DNA of 64,000 nt from Phycisphaerae bacterium (GTDB lineage: Bacteria; Planctomycetota; Phycisphaerae; UBA1845), in the NCBI GenBank assembly GCA_963666835.2, contig CAXXGO010000001.1, positions 1,632,001 to 1,696,000 of the forward strand, in the 5' to 3' direction. Below the pieces are notes generated by a model that had not been told where the DNA came from, searched no databases, and saw nothing but the letters and a program-made list of their open reading frames with translations. Positions within the stretch are counted from its first letter, which is position 1. Every line of letters begins with the position of its first letter. Below, in pieces: positions 57,533 to 64,000 of this stretch. The position numbers and the translations under genes were made by a program.

Positions 57533-57698
57533 GGAAGACCAGCTCGGGAACCGAACGATCGCAGTTCGTGGATGGACAGACGGATGTGCATGGCGACGTG
57601 GGTACCGCCCACGGGGTGACGGGGCAACGCGCTATTCGACCTTGAAGGGGGCCCATGAGCACCTGTCCACCCCATGGATTCGATTGTAGAATCAACCT

Positions 57699-58151
57699 AT
57701 GGCGCAGACGCTGACACGGTTGCTGGTACACGTTGTGTTCTCCACGAAGGAGCGTCGAAATCTGATCACCTCCATCGTCGAGCCGGGCTTGCATGCCTAC
57801 CTTGGCGGGATCTGCCGAAATTCGCAGTCGCCGGCGTTGGCCATCGGCGGAACGGAGAATCATGTTCATTTGCTGGTAAGCCTGTCGAAGACCGAAGCTC
57901 TTAGTGCCTTCATGATGACGCTGAAGAAGGACTCATCGAGGTGGATCAAGACCAACGGGGTCGCGTTCCGGGACTTCCATTGGCAGGACGGCTATGGAGC
58001 GTTTTCGCTGGGGCAATCGCAAGTAGGTGCGGTCACCGACTACATTCGGGTGCAGACGAAGACGCACACGACTATGGCCTTCGAGGACGAGCTTGTCGCG
58101 CTGGCACAACGGTACGGAGTATCTTACGATCCCAAGTATCTTTGGACTTGA
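57699..58151 (+). mobile_element. tnpA: IS200/IS605-family Y1 (HUH) transposase TnpA, possibly REP-associated
   Basis: HVVFSTKER, NHVHLL (HUH), WQDGYGAFS, DYIRVQ (catalytic Tyr); 150 aa; no tnpB. Confidence 0.9.
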
Positions 58152-58250
58152 TCGCTGGCATCCTGGGCGGGTCGAGAGAACGTATGGCTGCCAGTCACTT
58201 GGCGTCCTGGCACACTGCTACTGGCTGCCAGCCCTGCGGGGCGGTCCGTG

Positions 58251-58504
58251 GCCCGGCCGGAAGACCGCGGGGGGGGGCCTTCCTCAGCCTGAAAGGCTGC
58301 CAGATAGTAGACGGGGGCAAGGCCGCGAAGCGGCCGCCGCCCCCGGGAGCGGATTCCAATAGTCCACACTGCCCTGAAAGGGCTGAAGAGCGGGCATCGT
58401 GAGACTGTGTTCCGGTCACCGCTACCCCGCCCTTCACCGCACCTGCTGCAAGATACGGCGGCGTTGTGACGCCCGATTGCCGGGGCTATTCGACCCATTC
58501 AGGG
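58251..58504 (+). repeat. About 253-bp direct repeat of 57194-57446
   Basis: Both copies run from GCCCGGCCGGAAGACCGCG to CTATTCGACCCATTCAGGG; differences cluster in the middle. Confidence 0.9.
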
Positions 58505-58715
58505 GAGTGACGACAGCGTATTACTGGGATCGTCGCGTATGTTGGGGACCCTGATGCCGCTGTTCCCCAATTGCGATAGGTGTCAGCCCGCGGACGCGTA
58601 GCGAGGATTGCGCGCCCACGTGGCGTGCCGCGCTTCGACGCCGGCATGCAACATCGGGGCGTCCGATGTATGATAAACTGCCGAGGGCAGTCCGGCCCAC
58701 GACGCGAGGCATTGA

Positions 58716-60236
58716 GTGAACGACGGGAAGGGCGATACCGGTAACGCGGCCAAGGCTAACGCCTGTGGGGATAACGTGCCGGTGGAGCCCGTTACCAAGG
58801 GGTACTGGTGGGTCAAGCGGATTGCCCTGTCGGTTGCGGTCTTGCTTGTGACGCTCGTTGCCTCGCGTTTGTGGTGGGGCGACTACGCCGAGAGCCAACT
58901 CGTTGCAGAGATCGACAAGTACCGCCAGACCGGGCAGATGGTGTTTCCCGAGGAGTTCGACCGAGAGCTGGACGCCGTCCCCGACGAGCAGAACGCCGCG
59001 ATCTTGCTGGTGGAGGCGATGCGGTTTGCATCGCACTTCAGGTTGGCGGGAGTCGACTTTGACGCGTTCTGCAGGAATCCGGCGTTGTTTGAGCAGGATT
59101 CGGCTGCCGCGACGGAGATTATGGACCTGAACGTAGCAGCGTTGGATTCTGCTCGCCGTGCCCGGTTAAGGCCCGACGTGGTCTGGAATTCGCGGGTGCG
59201 GGGGCTGTTCGCACTGTATAACGATCCGTTTTGGCGGCCGCTTCGGTTAGCCGAGTTGCTGAGGTTCACCACGTCATACCACCATCGCTTAGGGAACGAT
59301 GCCGAGGCGGTCGAGACTCTCCGCGATCTCATTATGTTTGGCAATGCCCTGGACTCGCACTCGAGAGCATTCCTCGGATGTGCAGCCGTTCCGATCCGCC
59401 GTATTGCCTGGTTGTTGATTGAGGATATCTCGCCGACCCTGCATGTTCGGGTGTTTCCCACATCGCAGGGGGAACGGTCGTCCGCAGTAGAACGCGAGGT
59501 TGTCAAGGGTCTGGTGGCCGAGCTTCTGGATGAGGAGGGACAGAGACAATCCGCAGTCAGAGATGCTCTGGATGCATGCGCCTACATACTGGTTGCTCTC
59601 GTGCGGTCCGTCGAGAGCGGAGCGCCTCCCCGGGGCGCATCTTGGTACGAGGTGGACTCGCTTATCTGGGAGCCTTATTCGGAGCTTTGCGATGTGTGGA
59701 TGTTCCGGCTCTGCACGGTGATGGCGAAGGCGGCTACCGCGCCCACCTGGCCGGCGGCACAGCATGTCATCGCGGGAATGCCGGTCAGATCCAGGGCCAG
59801 TGAGTTGTTGGGCTCATTCTGGGCGGGGTCCGCGAAGGCGCAGGCCGACTCCCTTGAACGGTTCTTCGAAGGGCTCGCCCTGCGACGGATGGCGGCCACG
59901 GCCTTGGCGATCCGCCTTTTCGTTGTCGACCACGGTCACCGTCCCGCGAAGCTGTCCGAGCTTGTCCCGGAGTATCTTCCCGCCGTACCGATGGACCCTC
60001 TCTCCAGGTCCGGCACTCCAATCCGCTATGAGCCTGACGCGGTCCCTCCGGTCCTCTACAGCACTGGCCTCGACGGTGAAGACAACGGCGGAGTGATTGC
60101 CCAGCGGCCCGACGGGAGTCTCAATGCCGAGGCGAGTGATCTTGTATTCCATCTGGACGGCCGTGCTGCCGACGACGAGGGGAAGTGTAGCCTTCTGGAA
60201 TTGCTGGGACTCGAAAGTGCAGAACCGCCGCCATAG
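58716..60236 (+). CDS. Hypothetical membrane-anchored protein with a pseudopilin/GspG-like C-terminal segment
   Basis: Single N-terminal TM; C-terminal ALAIRLF..DHG..P..L.ELVPEYL..VP.DP...LYSTG.DG.DNGG. Confidence 0.7.
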   Translation: MNDGKGDTGNAAKANACGDNVPVEPVTKGYWWVKRIALSVAVLLVTLVASRLWWGDYAESQLVAEIDKYRQTGQMVFPEEFDRELDAVPDEQNAAILLVEAMRFASHFRLAGVDFDAFCRNPALFEQDSAAATEIMDLNVAALDSARRARLRPDVVWNSRVRGLFALYNDPFWRPLRLAELLRFTTSYHHRLGNDAEAVETLRDLIMFGNALDSHSRAFLGCAAVPIRRIAWLLIEDISPTLHVRVFPTSQGERSSAVEREVVKGLVAELLDEEGQRQSAVRDALDACAYILVALVRSVESGAPPRGASWYEVDSLIWEPYSELCDVWMFRLCTVMAKAATAPTWPAAQHVIAGMPVRSRASELLGSFWAGSAKAQADSLERFFEGLALRRMAATALAIRLFVVDHGHRPAKLSELVPEYLPAVPMDPLSRSGTPIRYEPDAVPPVLYSTGLDGEDNGGVIAQRPDGSLNAEASDLVFHLDGRAADDEGKCSLLELLGLESAEPPP

Positions 60237-60442
60237 GGCCGCGGGTGCCAGCGGTGCTACTGCCGCGGGAGGGAGAGGGCGTCAACATGATCCTCCAGCC
60301 ATCCGCAAGATCATCCTGACACCGCTTCCCTCGACGCTTTCGTAATGTCCACCGAGGTCTCTCGTTTTGTATTACGGGATTCCCATCTTTCTCAGGAACT
60401 CAGCGTCCAACCCTAACTTCTCGCAGTGCCGTCTAAGGCAGT

Positions 60443-60495
60443 TAGGTAGGGCACGGTCGAGGTACGAGACCTGCCACGAAGACGTATGTCGCGCA
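60443..60495 (+). repeat. Truncated copy of the GTAGGGCA REP element at 61408-61498
   Basis: TAGGTAGGGCACGGTCGAGGTACGAGACCTGCCACGAAGACGTATGTCGCGCA; 2 mismatches to 61408-61460. Confidence 0.85.
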
Positions 60496-60526
60496 GAGGT
60501 CTGGAAAACCGTTGTTCTCCCTCCAG

Positions 60527-60868
60527 TTATCGAGGATCCATGTCGCAATCGTTCTTTCCCAGGTCTTCCGTGGCGCCCCCGCATTCGGGACACCGCGGTT
60601 CGAGTAAGCCCGTAAGACAGTAGCCGCATTCCTCGCAGAACCCGGTAGGTCGTTGAAACCACCTACGCCACAGCCGTACGCCCAGGACGATTTCGGCAAG
60701 AAGCACGGCAATGAATGCAACGGAGAAGAGGACGAACCACCGATATGCTTCCGCGTCATCGTACAGCGGATGACTCGTCAGCCATGCAAGGAGCATTACC
60801 TGCGAGAGCATCGCGAACAAGAGTACACTGCCGAAGATGAGCAGCCCCGCAAATGCTAATACTCGCAT
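60527..60868 (-). CDS. Small 2-TM protein with C-terminal zinc ribbon
   Basis: Two hydrophobic helices then CEECGYCLTGLLEPRCPECG; start set at ATG 60868. Confidence 0.7.
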   Translation of the reverse strand: MRVLAFAGLLIFGSVLLFAMLSQVMLLAWLTSHPLYDDAEAYRWFVLFSVAFIAVLLAEIVLGVRLWRRWFQRPTGFCEECGYCLTGLLEPRCPECGGATEDLGKNDCDMDPR

Positions 60869-60893
60869 CTTTTCTTCCCCGAACCTACATGGT

Positions 60894-61130
60894 TCAGCCG
60901 ACCAGCACGATTGCCATAAGTGCCAAGGCCGCGGCTGCACAAGCCAAACCCGCGACCCGAGAAGCCTGCGTGTTGCCTGAGCCGGCCCTGATACCCGTAA
61001 TTGCCGCTAACACACCGAATAGACACGCAAAGACCCACGCATCAGAACACAGTATAATGGAAGCGCCTAACTCCATGATTAGGAAGATGACAGCCACTGG
61101 CAATTCCCATCTGTTTTGCGTTTCCGGCAT
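60894..61130 (-). CDS. Small hydrophobic membrane protein
   Basis: 78 aa, about three hydrophobic segments; AAAG upstream of ATG; co-oriented with the next small gene. Confidence 0.5.
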   Translation of the reverse strand: MPETQNRWELPVAVIFLIMELGASIILCSDAWVFACLFGVLAAITGIRAGSGNTQASRVAGLACAAAALALMAIVLVG

Positions 61131-61410
61131 CTTTCACCGTTTCACGATCTAAGCCCGACGTCATTCCCTTGCCACACAGCGCCTGCGGTATACGCGTTGC
61201 TCAAAGTGACTCGATCCCACCCGAGCATCGTGGCAAAAGCACCCACCATCGCCAGTCGTTCGAGTAGGTCGGGTGGCCCGGGTCTTCTTAAGTATGGCGC
61301 GTGTTTCGATCCACTGACGGTTCTCGGAGTAGAAACCGTCGGCCCCGGGGGAGCCGATGATCCGCGTGAATTTTCGAGAGTGCCGCGTGGGGGGGCATCG
61401 CCCGAGCTAG

Positions 61411-61498
61411 GTAGGGCACGGTCGAGGCACGAGACCTGCCACGAAGGCGTATGTCGCGCACACGTCACGGCAGGTCTCGTGCCTCGAAGCTGCCCTAC
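61411..61498. repeat. GTAG-type REP doublet (REPIN)
   Basis: GTAGGGCACGGTCGAGGCACGAGACCTGCC-N28-GGCAGGTCTCGTGCCTCGAAGCTGCCCTAC inverted pair. Confidence 0.85.
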
Positions 61499-61599
61499 GA
61501 TCATTGTGACTCCCTTGTCGCGGATTGTACGGGCCAAGCTGTGCCGTAAGAAAGGTCTGATACCTTCTCCGACCATAAGGCCGCTTGTGCCACCGGTGC

Positions 61600-62637
61600 T
61601 TACAGCCCCGGCGAGCTTCGCTCTTCCAGTACCTGCTTCGCCTTCTCGACGATCGCCTGGCGCACTTCCGCAAGAGTACCCGCCAGCCGCGCACCGGACG
61701 CTCGGCGATGACCGCCGCCGCCGAAGTTCTGCGCCAAAGCCGCGACGTTTATGTCCGGAGTGCTCTCGTTGTGCGGGTCCTTGCTGCGGAAGCCGATGCG
61801 GATATACCCGTCGCCTTTATCCACAATTAGAATGGAGACGACCACCGAACCGATCCGCATCGGTTCGTTGACGATGTCCTCGGTATCAGACAGCGTGGCC
61901 CCCGCCTTGGCGAAGGACTCGGTCGGCAGGCTAATAACCGCGATCCGGTCGTCGGCCAACAACTCCAAGTTGTTGAGCGCTGCCCCCAGCAGGCGGATTC
62001 TTCCGGCGGTCTCGGTCAGGAAGAGATCTTGAAACACGTCATGGGCCGGGACGCCGCGCCCGGCCATATCGGCGCTGGCCGCAAACACCCGCGTGTCCGT
62101 GTTCGAGTGGCGGAACCAGCCGGTGTCCATCGCGATCCCCGTGAACAACGCCTCGCTGGTCTCGCGATCCAGCGGCCAGCCCGATGCGGCCGCCCAGTCG
62201 TACAGGATCAGGCAATTCGCCGCCGCGGACTCGTCGATCAAGTAAATGTCCGCAAGGTCATCGCGCGTTACATGATGGTCGATAGCCATCTTCGGCAACG
62301 ACGAATCGCGCAGCCAGTCGGCCATTGGACGAAGCTGCTTATACGTGCATACATCCAGTAGGACGATGGCATCGACGTCGCGCAAGTCGGCATCCGCCCG
62401 CTCTGCGTTCCATTGCAGCAGCGGGCCGAACCGGGTGAAGCTCTCGTAGCGCGCCGGAAGAGGGTCGAGCAGCATGGCCGTCGACTCGATCCCCTGCGCG
62501 CGCAAGAGAAGCCGCATCGCCGCCAGCGAACCGAGGGCGTCGCCGTCGGGAGTAACGTGCGAAACGAGAAGAGGGTGTCGCCGCTGGGAAATCCACCGCG
62601 CAGCTTCGGAGAACGTTTCCGGGGTCGGTCTAATCAC
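61600..62637 (-). CDS. nrnA: DHH-family phosphoesterase (oligoribonuclease/PAP phosphatase NrnA)
   Basis: SHVTPDGDALGS, IDHH, GIAMDTGWF, FGGGGHRRASGA. Confidence 0.9.
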   Translation of the reverse strand: MIRPTPETFSEAARWISQRRHPLLVSHVTPDGDALGSLAAMRLLLRAQGIESTAMLLDPLPARYESFTRFGPLLQWNAERADADLRDVDAIVLLDVCTYKQLRPMADWLRDSSLPKMAIDHHVTRDDLADIYLIDESAAANCLILYDWAAASGWPLDRETSEALFTGIAMDTGWFRHSNTDTRVFAASADMAGRGVPAHDVFQDLFLTETAGRIRLLGAALNNLELLADDRIAVISLPTESFAKAGATLSDTEDIVNEPMRIGSVVVSILIVDKGDGYIRIGFRSKDPHNESTPDINVAALAQNFGGGGHRRASGARLAGTLAEVRQAIVEKAKQVLEERSSPGL

Positions 62638-63611
62638 GTGGTCGGTTCCTTCCCGTTCGGGGAATCCAAGTTAACACGGTTCGCGCCGCGCCGAACGAGT
62701 TCGACGTCGGCCCGAATCCGGGCGGTCAGAGCCTCGGCGGAATCGAAGGTCTGCTGAGGACGCAACGGCCGATCGAACTCCAGCCGCATCGACTGCCCGT
62801 AGAGGTCTCCGTCGAAGTCCAGCAAGTGCGCCTCGACGCACCGCCGGGCTCCGGCGAAAGTCGGGGCGGAACCGATGCTGATGGCGCTCATGAGACGGCT
62901 CTCGCCGACTTTGGCGCATCCGGCGTACACTCCGTCGGCCGGAAGGAGCTGCTCCGGGGAATAGAGGTTTGCAGTCGGGTAGCCAATAGTCCGCCCGCGA
63001 CCCTCCCCCTCGACTACCTCGCCGATCAGGGCGTACGGCCGTCCCAGGCACAGCGCGGCGCGGTGTACTTTGCCTTCGATGATCAGTTGTCGGATCAGCG
63101 AGCTCGACACCAGGAGCGTCTCGCCGGAGTCGATTTGGAGCGTCACCGGGTCCACGATTCGCACCTCGCAGTCGAACCGGGAGGCAATCTGCCTGAGCAT
63201 CTCGGGAGTTCCCCGCCGACCGTGACCGAACCCGAAAGAGGGCCCCTCGACCACGTGGGTCGGGTTGAACCGCTTGCAGATGACGTCCTCGACGAAGGCC
63301 TCCGGTTCCAGATCCAGCAGCGCCGGCTCGCTCTTGGCGACCACCGCCACGTCGGCCCCCGCCTCGGCCAGGCACCGGAGCTTCTCCTCAACAGGCTGAA
63401 GGCGGGCGGGGGCCTTGTCGGGAGCGACAACGCTCATCGGGTGGGGCTCGAACGTCAGGGCGACCACCGGGCCTGAGGTGTTGGCGGCGAACAGGCCCGC
63501 CTGGGCCAGAAGTTGCTGGTGCGCACGATGTACGCCGTCGAAGTTCCCGATCGTCAGAACCGATCGGGTCAGCGGTGGTTCGACTGTCTCCAGTCCGGTA
63601 AAAACCTTCAC
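62634..63611 (-). CDS. ribF: Bifunctional riboflavin kinase/FAD synthetase
   Basis: TIGNFDGVHRAHQ, TFEPHP, SSSLIR, GRGRTIGYPTANL, GVYA, VEAHLLDFDGDLYG. Confidence 0.96.
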   Translation of the reverse strand: MKVFTGLETVEPPLTRSVLTIGNFDGVHRAHQQLLAQAGLFAANTSGPVVALTFEPHPMSVVAPDKAPARLQPVEEKLRCLAEAGADVAVVAKSEPALLDLEPEAFVEDVICKRFNPTHVVEGPSFGFGHGRRGTPEMLRQIASRFDCEVRIVDPVTLQIDSGETLLVSSSLIRQLIIEGKVHRAALCLGRPYALIGEVVEGEGRGRTIGYPTANLYSPEQLLPADGVYAGCAKVGESRLMSAISIGSAPTFAGARRCVEAHLLDFDGDLYGQSMRLEFDRPLRPQQTFDSAEALTARIRADVELVRRGANRVNLDSPNGKEPTT

Positions 63612-63900
63612 GATTACCTATCGCCTGCCCGTAATCCCCCTGGAGAGTACGTTTGTACGATGCAGGATAATGTTCCCATTGGAGATGGGCAATCAACGGC
63701 GTCACCGCGTGTGACGACACCGCGAGGCCGATTTGGTCGGTCACGCGGTTGGCGATAGGCAAGACGATAGGCCTATCGGCCCGGCCCCCGGTTCTCCCCA
63801 AGGTGCGCTTGCGAGTGTGGGTCATTCCCGGTACATAAGGACCAGTGTCGAAGGATGTTAGCTGCGGTCTATCAGTCGAGCGAAATCGAGGCGATTCTCG

Positions 63901-64000
63901 GTGAGTGATACGCCCGAACCAGGTCAATCCGAAGAGCTGAACGACGCGCCGGATACGCAGGTGGATGTGCCCGCCGGCGACTTCGCTCCGGATTTGCCGA
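63901..64000 (+). CDS. Probable 5' end of a gene running off the window
   Basis: GTG start with GAGG upstream; open acidic frame MSDTPEPGQSEELNDAPDTQVDVPAGDFAPDLP; product not identifiable. Confidence 0.35.
   Translation, partial: MSDTPEPGQSEELNDAPDTQVDVPAGDFAPDLP

Noticed and set aside
60411..60447. Integron attC site (CCTAAC...GTTAGGT)
   Set aside because: Arms only ~23 nt apart, too short for attC; no integrase; not repeated after the other small ORF.
51148..61498. CRISPR array
   Set aside because: Repeats are inverted doublets or dispersed copies, not regularly spaced direct repeats with unique spacers; no cas genes.
1..64000. tRNA or rRNA genes
   Set aside because: No cloverleaf with T-loop/CCA or rRNA-like segment seen in the intergenic regions by eye.

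Overview
GC-rich bacterial chromosomal segment, probably Planctomycetota/Phycisphaerae. That assignment is inferred from the long insertion-laden SecA, dockerin-like C-terminal repeats and repeated CxxCxYxLxGL..CPECG zinc ribbons. Contents in order: a flagellar operon on the minus strand (flgF-G-A-H-I-J-N-K-L, then partial fliW); a membrane-anchored reductive dehalogenase-like gene; murD; a frameshift-interrupted FG-GAP lipoprotein; a 2141-aa M6-type metalloprotease with PKD domains; a small uORF and secA; an operon of 5-oxoprolinase, a DUF4392::MurD-like fusion and DUF1445; membrane proteins; tatC, pyrD, coaD; a ~2390-aa protein with four FGE-like domains; a ybjQ-ybjQ-prsW-like operon; an arsR-arsP-arsEFG-like operon; a Y1 (IS200-type) transposase inside direct repeats; several REP-like palindrome families; nrnA and ribF. 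Best candidates for something new: (1) the D-glutamate-cyclase/5-oxoprolinase operon whose DUF4392 subunit is fused to a degenerate MurD lacking the D-Glu-binding domain; (2) a GGA-rich, CsrB-like leader upstream of fliW; (3) cargo segments bracketed by direct copies of REP/REPIN elements near a Y1 transposase; (4) a SecM-like uORF before secA. All family assignments are from motif recognition by eye; no database search was run.
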